64,000 nucleotides of DNA from positions 16,401 through 80,400 of the forward strand of contig CAWGUU010000018.1 in NCBI GenBank assembly GCA_963825765.1, written 5' to 3'. A model generated the notes under the pieces. It made no database searches. It was not told the DNA's origin and saw only the letters and a list, made by a program, of their open reading frames with translations. Below are positions 1 through 9,861 of this stretch, in pieces. The position numbers were made by a program, and so were the translations under genes. Numbering within the stretch: the first letter of the stretch is position 1; the number at the start of each line of letters is the position of its first letter. The stretch is from an uncultured Acidimicrobiia bacterium. GTDB taxonomy: Bacteria > Actinomycetota > Acidimicrobiia > Acidimicrobiales > AC-14.

Positions 1-784
1 CGCCGGCGCCTGGCACCGGGCGGCCGAGGCCTGCCGGGCCCTGGGGTTCGATTATTTCTGCTTCCTCTCCGGGCTCGACTGGATGCCGTCCACGTCGCCC
101 AACCCCCGAGCGTCCGTCTCTGACGAGCTCGATACGGGCGACGACGACGACGCCCGCGCCACCGACGACGACGCCGACGCCGACGACGTCCCGTCGGTGG
201 ACTCCGATGCGGGTGCCGAGGTAACCGCCACCGACGGCTGGGCGACGGGCGTGGCCGGCGGCGACACCCGCTTCCAGGTCTTCGCCCGCCTCTACTCCAC
301 CACCCGCCACCAGGGCGTCACCCTGAAGGCCGACCTCGACGACGACGACCCCCGGGTCCCGACCTGGTCCGACGTCTACCCCGGTGCCAACTGGACCGAG
401 CGGGAGACCTGGGAGATGTACGGGTTCGTGTTCGACGGTCACCCGCACCTGGTCAAGCTCTACCTGCCTGGCGAGTTCGAGGGGTTCCCCCTGCGCAAGG
501 ACTTCCCGCTGCTGTCCCGAGAGGTCAAGCCCTGGCCCGGTCTCGTCGACGTCGAGCCCATGCCCGAGGTGCCCGAACCCGAGGCACCGCCCGAGCCCGC
601 CGCTGAGGCACCGCCCGAGCCTGCCGAGCCCGCAGCGGAGGCACCGCCCGAGCCGACCGGCGAGGCACCGCCCGAGCCTGCCGAGCCCGCAGCGGAGGCA
701 CCGCCCGAGCCGACCGGCGAGGCACCGCCCGAGCCCGCTGCCAAGGCACCGGCCGAGCCCACCGACGAGGGCAGCGCAGGCTGA
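1..784 (+). CDS. nuoC: NADH-quinone oxidoreductase subunit C (NuoC), 5'-partial, with C-terminal Pro/Glu/Ala repeat tail
   Basis: ORF runs off window start; ...ETWEMYGFVFDGHPHLVKLYLPGEFEGFPLRKDFP is a typical NuoC C-terminus; ATGA overlap with nuoD. Confidence 0.85.
   Translation, partial: AGAWHRAAEACRALGFDYFCFLSGLDWMPSTSPNPRASVSDELDTGDDDDARATDDDADADDVPSVDSDAGAEVTATDGWATGVAGGDTRFQVFARLYSTTRHQGVTLKADLDDDDPRVPTWSDVYPGANWTERETWEMYGFVFDGHPHLVKLYLPGEFEGFPLRKDFPLLSREVKPWPGLVDVEPMPEVPEPEAPPEPAAEAPPEPAEPAAEAPPEPTGEAPPEPAEPAAEAPPEPTGEAPPEPAAKAPAEPTDEGSAG
541..760 (+). repeat. In-frame tandem DNA repeats (24/27-63 bp units) encoding PEPAAEAPPEP(T/A)GEAPPEP tail of NuoC
   Basis: near-identical 63-bp blocks gaggcaccgcccgagcctgccgagcccgcagcggaggcaccgcccgagccgaccggc repeated. 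Confidence 0.7.
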
Positions 785-1953
785 TGGCCGTCACCGACAC
801 CCAGAAGCTCACCTACATCGCCGGGCAGGCCGCCGACGCCCGGGTCAACGTCGAGCTGCAGACCGAGGACATGACCCTCAACCTCGGTCCCCAGCACCCC
901 GCCACCCACGGCACGCTCCGCATCGTCGCCAAGCTCGACGGCGAGCAGGTCGTCGAGGCCGAGGTCGTCTGCGGCTACATGCACCGGGGCTACGAGAAGC
1001 TCACCGAGTTCCGCACATATCCCCAGGTCACGACCCTGATCAACCGGATCGACTGGCTCTCCTCGTTCGCCAACGAGGTCCCCTTCATCCTCGCCGCCGA
1101 GGAGCTGATGGGGATCGAGGCGCCGCCTCGGGCCCAGTGGATCCGGACGATCCTCTTCGAGCTGAGCCGCATCGCCAACGTCACCCTCTTCATCGGGGAG
1201 ATGGGCGTGCAGTTGGGCGCCATCACCCCGGTGTTCTTCGCCTTCCGCGACCGCGAGCACGTCCTCAACCTCATCGAGTCGGCCACCGGCGGGCGGTTCC
1301 ACCCGAACTACGACCGCATCGGCGGTCTGAAGGACGACCTGCCGAAGGGCTGGGTGGCGGACACCCACGGGGCGATGACACGCATCAGGACCTACTGCGA
1401 CCAGCTCGAGGACCTCCTCATGGGCAACGCCATCTTCGAGGCCCGGACCCGCGGCGTCGGCGTGATCCCCAAGGAGCTCGGCCTCGCCTACGGGCTGTCC
1501 GGCGCCAACATCAGGGCCAGCGGCGTCGACTGGGACCTGCGGCGGGACGAGAAGTCGCCCCTCGTGTGGAGCGAGCTGGACTGGAAGGTGTGGACCCACC
1601 CCGACGGCGACTCGTTCGCCCGCTACTGGGTCAGGCTGCAGGAGGTGCGCGAGGCCACCAAGATGGTCGACCAGATGCTCGACGGGCTCCCCGCCGGGCC
1701 GATCCAGGCCAAGGTCCCCCGCATCATCAAGGTGCCGGCCGGCGAGGCGTGGGCCCACACCGAGAACCCCCTCGGCGAGATGGGGTACTACGTGGTCAGC
1801 CAGGGCGGCCTGGGCCCGTTCCGGTGCAAGATCCGTTCGGCGTCGTTCCACAACACGTCGATCGTGCCGTGGCTCCTGAAGGGCGTCTACGTGCCCGACA
1901 TCATCACGATCCTCGCCAGCCTGTACTTCATCCTCGGCGACATCGACCGGTAG
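784..1953 (+). CDS. nuoD: NADH-quinone oxidoreductase subunit D (NuoD, 49 kDa)
   Basis: 389 aa; LGPQHPATHGTLRIVAKLDGE..., conserved NuoD motifs. Confidence 0.95.
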   Translation: MAVTDTQKLTYIAGQAADARVNVELQTEDMTLNLGPQHPATHGTLRIVAKLDGEQVVEAEVVCGYMHRGYEKLTEFRTYPQVTTLINRIDWLSSFANEVPFILAAEELMGIEAPPRAQWIRTILFELSRIANVTLFIGEMGVQLGAITPVFFAFRDREHVLNLIESATGGRFHPNYDRIGGLKDDLPKGWVADTHGAMTRIRTYCDQLEDLLMGNAIFEARTRGVGVIPKELGLAYGLSGANIRASGVDWDLRRDEKSPLVWSELDWKVWTHPDGDSFARYWVRLQEVREATKMVDQMLDGLPAGPIQAKVPRIIKVPAGEAWAHTENPLGEMGYYVVSQGGLGPFRCKIRSASFHNTSIVPWLLKGVYVPDIITILASLYFILGDIDR

Positions 1954-2045
1954 AGCGCCCTTCGCCAACCCGTCGAGCGTGCGAAAGGTCGCCATGGCGA
2001 TCCTTCTTGCACGCTCACGGCTCGGAGCCGCGACTCCATGCCGGC

Positions 2046-2273
2046 TCAGGCTTCGGGTTCGGGTGCCTCTTCTTCTTCCGACTCGATCGCGACCTCGTTG
2101 CCTTCGGGACGGGGGATCAGGGACTTGACCTTGTCCTTGACCGGGGCGACCTTGTCGTGGCCCAGCTTGTCGCCGGCGAAGTCGGCCACCTTGTCGACGA
2201 CGTCGTCGATCTTGTCGGCGTTCCCCGCGACCAGGTCTTTCGCCTTGTCGGCCAAGCCGTTCAGGTCAACCAT
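2046..2273 (-). CDS. small MT0933/Rv0909-like antitoxin-family (CsbD-like) protein
   Basis: 75 aa from ATG preceded by GGAGGAG; DKAKDLVAGNADKIDDVVDKVADFAGDKLGHDKV resembles PF14013-type proteins; lies between nuoD and nuoH on opposite strand. Confidence 0.55.
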   Translation of the reverse strand: MVDLNGLADKAKDLVAGNADKIDDVVDKVADFAGDKLGHDKVAPVKDKVKSLIPRPEGNEVAIESEEEEAPEPEA

Positions 2274-2415
2274 GGGCTCCTCCATCACTCGTCGGACACG
2301 CAACTGCGGATTCAGGTGTAGCTACCCAACGCGGATACCGGCCAAGCCTGGCACGCCTACGTTGCGGCAAGGTTGTCACTGTGTGAAGGCGTTCACTAAT
2401 GTCCGACGCTGAGCG

Positions 2416-3438
2416 ATGCTTGCCCTCGAACTTCCCTACTGGCAACTCACCGTCATCAAGACGGTCGTTGTGCTGTCCATCATTCCGGCGGCCGCGATCA
2501 TCCTCGGCTACGTCTTCCTCCTGAAGATGATGGCCCACATGCAGAGCCGGCTGGGCCCCATGGAGCCGGGCGGCTACCACGGCTGGTTCCAGCTGATCGG
2601 CGACGGCATCAAGTTCATCCAGAAGGAGGACATCATCCCGGACGAGGCCGACCGCCGGGTGTTCGCGGTGGCGCCGGTGGTGGTCCTCGTTTCGACGTTC
2701 CTGCTGTACGTGGTGATCCCAGCCGGGCCCGACCTGGTCGTCGAGAACCTCGACGTCGGCATCTTCTACGCCTTGGCGGTGGGCTCGCTGTCGGTCATCG
2801 GCGTGCTCATGGCCGGGTGGGCATCGGCCAACAAGTTCTCCCTGCTGGGCTCCCTGCGAGCCGCCGGCCAGCTCATCGCCTACGAGCTGCCGCTGGTGCT
2901 GGCGGTCGTCGGCGTGGTCATCCAGGCCGAGACCATGAGCCTGCAAGGCATCGTCCACGCCCAGGCGGACGGCTCGATCTTCGGCATCGGCTGGCTCGGC
3001 AACCCGTTCGTCCTCACCCAGATCGTCGGCTTCGTGATCTTCCTCGCCGCCGCCCAGGCCGAGCTCACCCAGACCCCGTTCGACATGCCGGTGGCCGAGT
3101 CCGAGCTGGTGGCCGGCTACATGACCGAGTACTCCGGCTTCCGGTTCCTGTTCTTCTTCATGGCCGAGTTTGGCACCGCCTTCGCGCTGTCGGCCATCGC
3201 CGCCACCCTCTACCTGGGCGGCTGGTACCAGCCGTTCATCACCGGCGACCTCGCCAACCTGGTCGGACCGCTCGTCCTGTTCGCCAAGGTGATGCTCATC
3301 GCCTTCGTGATCTTCTGGGTGAGGTTCACGTTCCCCCGTTTCCGTGAGGACCAGCTCCAGAGCTTCGCCTGGAAGGTCCTCATCCCGATCTCGCTGGTCA
3401 ACATCCTGGCGACCGGCGTTCTGAAAGTGATTTTCTGA
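2416..3438 (+). CDS. nuoH: NADH-quinone oxidoreductase subunit H (NuoH)
   Basis: 340 aa polytopic membrane protein; classic NuoH N-terminus. Confidence 0.95.
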   Translation: MLALELPYWQLTVIKTVVVLSIIPAAAIILGYVFLLKMMAHMQSRLGPMEPGGYHGWFQLIGDGIKFIQKEDIIPDEADRRVFAVAPVVVLVSTFLLYVVIPAGPDLVVENLDVGIFYALAVGSLSVIGVLMAGWASANKFSLLGSLRAAGQLIAYELPLVLAVVGVVIQAETMSLQGIVHAQADGSIFGIGWLGNPFVLTQIVGFVIFLAAAQAELTQTPFDMPVAESELVAGYMTEYSGFRFLFFFMAEFGTAFALSAIAATLYLGGWYQPFITGDLANLVGPLVLFAKVMLIAFVIFWVRFTFPRFREDQLQSFAWKVLIPISLVNILATGVLKVIF

Positions 3439-3911
3439 TGGCAGGAGCTCGCGGGTTGGCCAAGGGCCTGGGCGTCACGTTCAAGACGATGCTCAAGCCG
3501 GCCGTGACGGTGCAGTACCCCCACGAGAAGGAGGCCCCGACCCCCCGGGCGCGGGGCGTCATCGCCCTCAAGGAGGAGAACTGCACCTCGTGCATGCTGT
3601 GCGCCAGGGAGTGCCCCGACTGGTGCATCTACATCGAGGCCCACAAGGAGAAGCGCCCGCCCCGGCGTGAGGGTGGCAAGCCCCGCACCGTCAACGCCCT
3701 CGAGCGGTTCGACATCGACTACGCCCTCTGCATGTACTGCGGCATCTGCGTGGAGGTGTGCCCGTTCGACGCCCTCTTCTGGAGCCCCGAGTACGAGTAC
3801 TCCGAGGTTCGGATCGCCGACCTTCTCCACGACAAGGAAAAGCTCGGGGAGTGGATGCAGGGTGTCCCCGAGCCCGAGCCGCTCGAGGCCGGCGCGGTCA
3901 AGAAGAAGTAG
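3438..3911 (+). CDS. nuoI: NADH-quinone oxidoreductase subunit I (NuoI, 2x[4Fe-4S])
   Basis: [12 protein letters not shown] and [12 protein letters not shown] ferredoxin motifs; TGATG overlap with nuoH. Confidence 0.95.
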   Translation: MAGARGLAKGLGVTFKTMLKPAVTVQYPHEKEAPTPRARGVIALKEENCTSCMLCARECPDWCIYIEAHKEKRPPRREGGKPRTVNALERFDIDYALCMYCGICVEVCPFDALFWSPEYEYSEVRIADLLHDKEKLGEWMQGVPEPEPLEAGAVKKK

Positions 3912-3924
3912 GACCGAATCCGTC

Positions 3925-4416
3925 GTGGTCGCCCAGAACATCGCCTTCTACCTGCTGGCCGTGGCCATGGTGGCGGCCGCCTTCCGGCTGGTCACCACCA
4001 AGAACGTCGTGCGGGCCGCCCTCTACCTGGCCGTCGTGCTGGCGGGCGTGGCCGGGCTCTTCATCCTGCTGGCCGCCGAGTTCGTGGCGTGGGCCCAGGT
4101 GCTGGTCTACATCGGTGCCGTCGTCGTGCTGCTCCTGTTCGGGGTCATGCTCACCCGGGCGCCGATCGGCCGGGAGTCCGACCTCGACAACGACCAGAAA
4201 TGGCTGGCGGCCGTGGTGGCGATGTTCCTGGTCGGCGCTCTCGCCGCCGTGCTCGGCGACGCCTTCGGGACCGAGGAGATCGCCTTCGGCGAGATCCAGC
4301 CCACCGCAGCCCTGGCCGACTCGCTCTTCAGCACCTACGTGATCCCCTTCGAGGTCGCGTCCATCCTGCTGCTGGCCGCCCTCGTCGGCGCCGTCGCCCT
4401 GGCCAGAAGGGACTAG
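3925..4416 (+). CDS. nuoJ: NADH-quinone oxidoreductase subunit J (NuoJ)
   Basis: GTG start (VVAQNIAFYLLAV...), hydrophobic; in-frame with listed ORF 3667..4416 whose N-terminal part overlaps nuoI. Confidence 0.85.
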   Translation: MVAQNIAFYLLAVAMVAAAFRLVTTKNVVRAALYLAVVLAGVAGLFILLAAEFVAWAQVLVYIGAVVVLLLFGVMLTRAPIGRESDLDNDQKWLAAVVAMFLVGALAAVLGDAFGTEEIAFGEIQPTAALADSLFSTYVIPFEVASILLLAALVGAVALARRD

Positions 4417-4425
4417 GTACCGGCG

Positions 4426-4725
4426 ATGATGCTCAACCAGTTCCTCTTCCTCGCCGCGATCATCTTCTGCCTCGGTGTCTACGGAGTCCTGGCCCGCAAG
4501 AACGCCGTCCTGGTCCTCATGTCGATCGAGCTCATGCTCAACGCCGTGAACATCAACCTGATCGCCTTCGGCGCCTTCCGCGACAACGTGATCGGTCAGG
4601 TCTTCGCCGTCTTCGTCATCGCCATCGCCGCCGCCGAGGTCGGCGTCGGGCTGGCCATCGTCCTGCTCATCTACCGCAACCGCGCCAACATCGACCTGGA
4701 CCAGGCCGATCTGATGAAGGGCTAG
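4426..4725 (+). CDS. nuoK: NADH-quinone oxidoreductase subunit K (NuoK)
   Basis: 99 aa; ...[17 protein letters not shown]... Confidence 0.95.
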   Translation: MMLNQFLFLAAIIFCLGVYGVLARKNAVLVLMSIELMLNAVNINLIAFGAFRDNVIGQVFAVFVIAIAAAEVGVGLAIVLLIYRNRANIDLDQADLMKG

Positions 4726-4736
4726 GGCGCCGCCCG

Positions 4737-6728
4737 ATGCTGGAGAACGCCTGGCTCATCCCGCTGACCATGGCGGTGTCGTTCGTCCTCATCCTGTTCT
4801 TCGGCAAGCGCATGCCGAAGAAGGGGGCCGAGATCGGCATCCTGGCCATCGGCGCCTGCTTCGTGATGTCGGTGATGACCGTCCTGCAGTGGATCGCGCG
4901 GGAGGGCCACCCGCACCGCGAGGCCGTCGAGGCCCACCTGACGTGGTTCAAGTTCGGGAGCGTCGACCTGGGCGCCGGCATCCACGTCGACGGCCTGACG
5001 GTGATGATGCTCTTCGTCGTCACCTTCATCTCGCTGATGGTGCACATCTATTCGACGGGCTACATGCACGGCGACCGGCGGTACACGTACTTCTTCGCCG
5101 CCCTGTCCCTGTTCACCGCGGCCATGCTCCTGCTGGTCGTCGCCGACAACACCCTCCAGATGCTGATCGGGTGGGAGCTCGTCGGCCTCTGCTCGTTCAT
5201 GCTGATCGGCCACTGGTGGGAGGAGACCGACAACTCCAGCGCCGCCATCAAGGCCTTCATCACCACCCGGATCGGCGACGTCGGCCTGCTGCTCGGCATC
5301 ATCACCCTGTTCTTCGCCGCCGGCCAGAACTTCAACATCGAGCACCTGAACCACGAGGCCCTCAGCGGTGGCATCAGCCACACCCTCCTCGTCGTCGGCG
5401 CCAGCCTCCTGTTCCTCGGGGTCATGGGCAAGAGCGCCCAGTTCCCGCTGCACGTGTGGCTCCCCGACGCCATGGCCGGCCCCACGCCGGTGTCGGCCCT
5501 GATCCACGCCGCCACCATGGTCGTCGCCGGCGTGTACCTGGTGGCCCGGCTGTACGGCGTCTTCTGGGAGGGCTTCTCCATCGCCGCCGGGGGCATCAAC
5601 CCGATGGCCCTGATCGGCGCCATCACGGTGATCGCCTGCGCCGCCCTCGCCTTCGTCCAGGACGACGTCAAGAAGGTGCTGGCCTATTCCACGGTAAGCC
5701 AGCTGGGGTACATGGTCATGGCCCTCGGCGTCGGCGCGTGGACAGCCGGGATCTTCCACCTCTTCACCCACGCCGCCTTCAAGGCCCTGCTCTTCCTCGG
5801 GGCGGGTTGCCTCATCCACGCCGTCCACTCCAACAACATGAGCGACATGGGTGGGCTCCGAAAACACATGCCGACCACGTTCGTCACGTTCATCATCGGC
5901 TCCCTGGCCCTGGCCGGGATGTTCCCGCTCGCCGGCTTCTGGTCGAAGGACGAGATCCTCCTCGGCGCCCTGACCGGCCCCCAGGGCAACGGCTACCCGC
6001 TCATGCTGATCGTCGGGATCGTCGGGGCTTTCATGACCGCCGCCTACATGACCCGCACCTGCTACCTCGTCTTCTTCGGCGAGTACCGGGGCCACGGCGA
6101 GCCCCACGAGGCCCCACCGTCGATGCGGTGGCCCCTGGTCGTCCTCGCCGTCCCGGCGGTGCTGTTCGGCCTGCTCAACGCCCCGGGGCTCGAGAAGTTC
6201 AACCACTGGGTCGCCTTCCACGTGCCGGGCGTGGAGGAGATCGTCGAGCACCACGAGTTCAACCCGTCGCTGGCCCTGATCTCGCTGGCGGTCGTCCTGG
6301 CGGGCATCGGCATCACCTGGCGGGCCTACGCGGCCGACGGCTGGCCGAGGGGGCTCATGGCCCGGAGCTCGTTCCTGGCTACCGCCCACCGCATCCTGGT
6401 GAACAAGTACTACCTCGACGCCCTCTTCATCGACGGCATCATCCGCAAGATCCAGTACCCGATCGCCCGGGCCGCGTATTGGTTCAACCAGCACGTGATC
6501 GACGGCGTGGTGAACGGTGTCGGCATCGGTTCGCGGAAGGTTGCCGGGTTCGTCTACGACATCATCGACCAGAAGGGCGTCGACGGGCTCGTCAACGCCG
6601 CCGGTGCCGGTGCCGAGGAGGGCGGCAAGGTCCTGCGAAAGACGCAGACGGGCCGCGTGCAGCAGTACGCCGCCTTCCTGTTCGGGGCCTCCGCGCTGCT
6701 GGCTGTGGGCCTGGTCTTCCTGACGTGA
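4737..6728 (+). CDS. nuoL: NADH-quinone oxidoreductase subunit L (NuoL)
   Basis: ATG at 4737 (MLENAWLIPL...) in frame with ORF 4089..6728; antiporter-like subunit. Confidence 0.9.
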   Translation: MLENAWLIPLTMAVSFVLILFFGKRMPKKGAEIGILAIGACFVMSVMTVLQWIAREGHPHREAVEAHLTWFKFGSVDLGAGIHVDGLTVMMLFVVTFISLMVHIYSTGYMHGDRRYTYFFAALSLFTAAMLLLVVADNTLQMLIGWELVGLCSFMLIGHWWEETDNSSAAIKAFITTRIGDVGLLLGIITLFFAAGQNFNIEHLNHEALSGGISHTLLVVGASLLFLGVMGKSAQFPLHVWLPDAMAGPTPVSALIHAATMVVAGVYLVARLYGVFWEGFSIAAGGINPMALIGAITVIACAALAFVQDDVKKVLAYSTVSQLGYMVMALGVGAWTAGIFHLFTHAAFKALLFLGAGCLIHAVHSNNMSDMGGLRKHMPTTFVTFIIGSLALAGMFPLAGFWSKDEILLGALTGPQGNGYPLMLIVGIVGAFMTAAYMTRTCYLVFFGEYRGHGEPHEAPPSMRWPLVVLAVPAVLFGLLNAPGLEKFNHWVAFHVPGVEEIVEHHEFNPSLALISLAVVLAGIGITWRAYAADGWPRGLMARSSFLATAHRILVNKYYLDALFIDGIIRKIQYPIARAAYWFNQHVIDGVVNGVGIGSRKVAGFVYDIIDQKGVDGLVNAAGAGAEEGGKVLRKTQTGRVQQYAAFLFGASALLAVGLVFLT

Positions 6729-6751
6729 AACCCCCGAGGAGTCTCTGAGCA

Positions 6752-8284
6752 ATGGTCCTGACCGCAGCCATCTTCCTGCCGATCCTCGGCGTGATACTCC
6801 TCGCCGTCATCCCGCGCTCGCAGGAGCAGGTCCTCAAGGCCGTGGCTCTGCTGGTGGCCCTGGGCACGACCGTCGCCGGGGTCGTCATCCTCAGGGGTTT
6901 CGACTACGGCCAGTCCGAGCGACTCCAGTACGAGGTCAACGAGCGCTGGATCGACGTCATCAACAGCCATTTCCACATCGCCGTCGACGGGATCTCGCTC
7001 CCGCTGCTGATCCTGTCGATGGTCATCACCGTCCTGTGCATCGTCTACTCCTGGGACCACTGGCCCGAGCCCCACAACCCGAAGGCGTTCCTGATCCTGA
7101 TGCTCCTCCTGGAGACGGGGATGAACGGCACCTTCGCCGCCCAGGACCTGATCTTGTTCTTCGTGTTCTTCGAGCTGGTGCTCCTGCCGATGTACTTCAT
7201 GATCGGAGTCTGGGGCGGTCCCAACCGGCAGTACGCAGCCATCAAGTTCTTCCTCTTCACCCTGTTCGGGTCGGCCCTGATGATCCTGAGCTTCCTCGCC
7301 CTCTACTTCCTGGGCGGGAACACTTTCGACATCCCGGAGCTCGTCCGCAACGGGTCGTCGATCGCAAGGGACACGCAGATCCTGATCTTCGCCGGCCTCT
7401 TCATGGGTTTCGCCATCAAGGTGCCGATGTTCCCGTTCCACACCTGGCTGCCCGACGCCCACACCGAGGCGCCGACGGTCGGCTCGGTGATCCTTGCCGC
7501 CGTGCTCCTGAAGCTGGGCGTCTACGGCTTCATCCGGGTGGCGCTCCCGATCCTGCCGGAGGCGGCCCGGGCGTGGGCCCCATGGATCGGGTTGCTGGCG
7601 GTCATCGGCATCATCTACGGCGCCCTCGGGTGCCTGGCGCAGAAGGACATGAAGCGCCTCATCGCCTTCTCGTCGGTGGCGCACATGGGGTTCATCATGC
7701 TGGGCGTCGCCACCCTCACCGACTTCGGGATCAACGCCGCGGTCTTCGGGATGGTGGCCCACGGGCTCATCACCGGGATGCTCTTCTTCATCGCCGGGTC
7801 GGTGCAGGAGCGGTTCGGCACCCGTGAGATCTCCCGCCTCGGCGGGCTGCTGACCCAGGCGCCCCACCTCGGCTGGATCCTCGGGTTCTGCGTCTTCGCC
7901 TCGTTGGGCCTGCCCGGCCTGGCCGGGTTCTGGGGCGAGTTCCCCGCCATCCTCGCCGCCTACCAGCCGGCCGAGGGGCTTCCTGTCGGCGTCTTCCGCG
8001 CCTACATGGCGGTCGCCGCCATCGGCACCGTCTTCGCCGCCGGCTACCTGCTCTGGATGCTGCAGCGGGTGGCGTTCGGCACCGCCAAGGCCGAGTTCGA
8101 GGACAGCCACATCCACGACGTCCACGTCTCCGAGTACATCGCCTGGGTGCCGCTGCTGGTCGGCATCCTGGTCCTGGGCATCTTCCCGGGCCTGCTCTTC
8201 GGCGTCACCAACGACGCCGTCGAGGCCGTCGCCCAGACGACCGGCGCGGTCGTGAACCTGGCCACCGGCGTCGGGCACCCATGA
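6752..8284 (+). CDS. nuoM: NADH-quinone oxidoreductase subunit M (NuoM)
   Basis: 510 aa antiporter-like subunit. Confidence 0.95.
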   Translation: MVLTAAIFLPILGVILLAVIPRSQEQVLKAVALLVALGTTVAGVVILRGFDYGQSERLQYEVNERWIDVINSHFHIAVDGISLPLLILSMVITVLCIVYSWDHWPEPHNPKAFLILMLLLETGMNGTFAAQDLILFFVFFELVLLPMYFMIGVWGGPNRQYAAIKFFLFTLFGSALMILSFLALYFLGGNTFDIPELVRNGSSIARDTQILIFAGLFMGFAIKVPMFPFHTWLPDAHTEAPTVGSVILAAVLLKLGVYGFIRVALPILPEAARAWAPWIGLLAVIGIIYGALGCLAQKDMKRLIAFSSVAHMGFIMLGVATLTDFGINAAVFGMVAHGLITGMLFFIAGSVQERFGTREISRLGGLLTQAPHLGWILGFCVFASLGLPGLAGFWGEFPAILAAYQPAEGLPVGVFRAYMAVAAIGTVFAAGYLLWMLQRVAFGTAKAEFEDSHIHDVHVSEYIAWVPLLVGILVLGIFPGLLFGVTNDAVEAVAQTTGAVVNLATGVGHP

Positions 8285-9795
8285 TCCTGCAGCTGGCCCA
8301 GGCGGTGGTCCCGTTCAAGGCGCCGACGCTCGACTACCACGCGCTCGCCCCGGAGATCGTCCTCAGCGTCGTGCTGGTGGCGGTGCTGCTGGCCGACGTC
8401 CTGCTCGACGACTCCAAGAAATGGGTCATACCCAGCATCGCCAGCTTCGGGCTGCTGGCCACCATGATCCCGATCATCACCCTGGCGCTCTACGGCGACG
8501 ACGTGCGGTCGATGCTGGGTGGCGCCTACGTGGTCGACAACTTCGCCCTGGTGTTCAAGGGGCTGTTCGTCGGCGTCGGCTACGTGGTCCTGCTGATGTC
8601 GACCACCTACGTCGAGGAGGGCGACTACTACGAGGGGGAGTTCTACTTCCTCCTGCTGGCCTCGATCTTCGGCATGGTCGTGATGGGCTCGTCCCGCGAC
8701 CTCATCAGCATCTTCGTGGCCCTGGAGACGCTCTCCATCCCCGCCTACATCCTGGCCGGCTGGCGCAAGCGTGACCTCAAGAGCAACGAGGCGTCGCTGA
8801 AGTACTACCTGCTGGGAGTCCTGGCGTCGGCGGTGATGCTCTACGGCATGTCGCTCGTCTACGGCGCCACCGGCACCACGATCCTCGTGCGCATCGGCGA
8901 GCAGATCGAGGGAAGCGCCACGGCGGTGCCGCTGGCCACCTTCGCCATCCTGTTCATCATCGTCGGCTTCGCCTTCAAGGTCTCGGCCGTCCCGTTCCAC
9001 TTCTGGGCTCCCGACACCTACGAGGGTGCCCCCACGCCGGTCACGGCCTTCCTCTCCGTGGGGTCGAAGACGGCGGGGTTCGTGGCCCTCTTCGAGCTCG
9101 TCTTCATCGGCTTCTTCGGGCGCTCGGAGGTCTGGGCCCCACTGTTCGGAATTCTCGCCGTCCTCACCATGACGGTCGGGAACCTGATCGCGCTGCGCCA
9201 GACCAACATCGTGCGCATGCTGGCCTACTCGTCGATCGCCCAGGCCGGCTACATCCTCGTCCCGTTCGCGGTGGCCGGCACGAGCATGGCCGCGGCCAAG
9301 AGCTCGATGACGGCGGGCGTCGTCTACCTGCTCATCTACGCGGCGATGAACCTCGGCGCCTTCACGATCGTCATGGCCGTCGCCCGCAAGACCCGGTCGG
9401 GGGACATCTCCTCCTACGGCGGGCTGTTCTCCTACGCCCCCGGTCTGGCCGTGCTGATGACGATCTTCCTGTTCTCCCTCGCCGGCATCCCGCCGCTCGC
9501 TGGCGCGTGGGCCAAGATCTTCATCTTCCGGGCCGTGCTCGACGCCGGCACGTCGTGGGCGATCGCCCTCGGAGTCGTCGCCGCGGTGAACTCGGTGATC
9601 GCCCTCTTCTACTACTCGGCGGTGGCCAAGGAGATGTGGATGAGCCCCGTCCCCGAGGGCCAGGAGGCGGCGCCGATCCGGGTGCCGGCGTCGCTGGTGG
9701 CGGCCCTGGGGATCACCTCGTCGATCGTCGTGGTGGTGGGCGTCTACCCCCAGATCCTCGCCCGCTTCGGCGACCTGGCGTCGCTGGTGCGATAG
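8281..9795 (+). CDS. nuoN: NADH-quinone oxidoreductase subunit N (NuoN)
   Basis: 504 aa; ATGA overlap with nuoM. Confidence 0.95.
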   Translation: MILQLAQAVVPFKAPTLDYHALAPEIVLSVVLVAVLLADVLLDDSKKWVIPSIASFGLLATMIPIITLALYGDDVRSMLGGAYVVDNFALVFKGLFVGVGYVVLLMSTTYVEEGDYYEGEFYFLLLASIFGMVVMGSSRDLISIFVALETLSIPAYILAGWRKRDLKSNEASLKYYLLGVLASAVMLYGMSLVYGATGTTILVRIGEQIEGSATAVPLATFAILFIIVGFAFKVSAVPFHFWAPDTYEGAPTPVTAFLSVGSKTAGFVALFELVFIGFFGRSEVWAPLFGILAVLTMTVGNLIALRQTNIVRMLAYSSIAQAGYILVPFAVAGTSMAAAKSSMTAGVVYLLIYAAMNLGAFTIVMAVARKTRSGDISSYGGLFSYAPGLAVLMTIFLFSLAGIPPLAGAWAKIFIFRAVLDAGTSWAIALGVVAAVNSVIALFYYSAVAKEMWMSPVPEGQEAAPIRVPASLVAALGITSSIVVVVGVYPQILARFGDLASLVR

Positions 9796-9861
9796 AGCTG
9801 CCGGTCGGGGATCGTCCTGTCGGCGATGTGAGTTGCCGACCTGGCTCGGCGGCGCGGGCCG

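Noticed and set aside
384-2321. 645-aa forward ORF and 511-aa reverse ORF overlapping nuoD
   Set aside because: Arg/Pro/Gly-rich alternative-frame shadows typical of high-GC DNA. nuoD in the third frame has unmistakable homology.
4722-8278. Long reverse and alternative-frame ORFs over nuoL/nuoM (676, 619 and 574 aa)
   Set aside because: Low-complexity R/G/D/E-rich translations overlapping well-supported membrane subunit genes.
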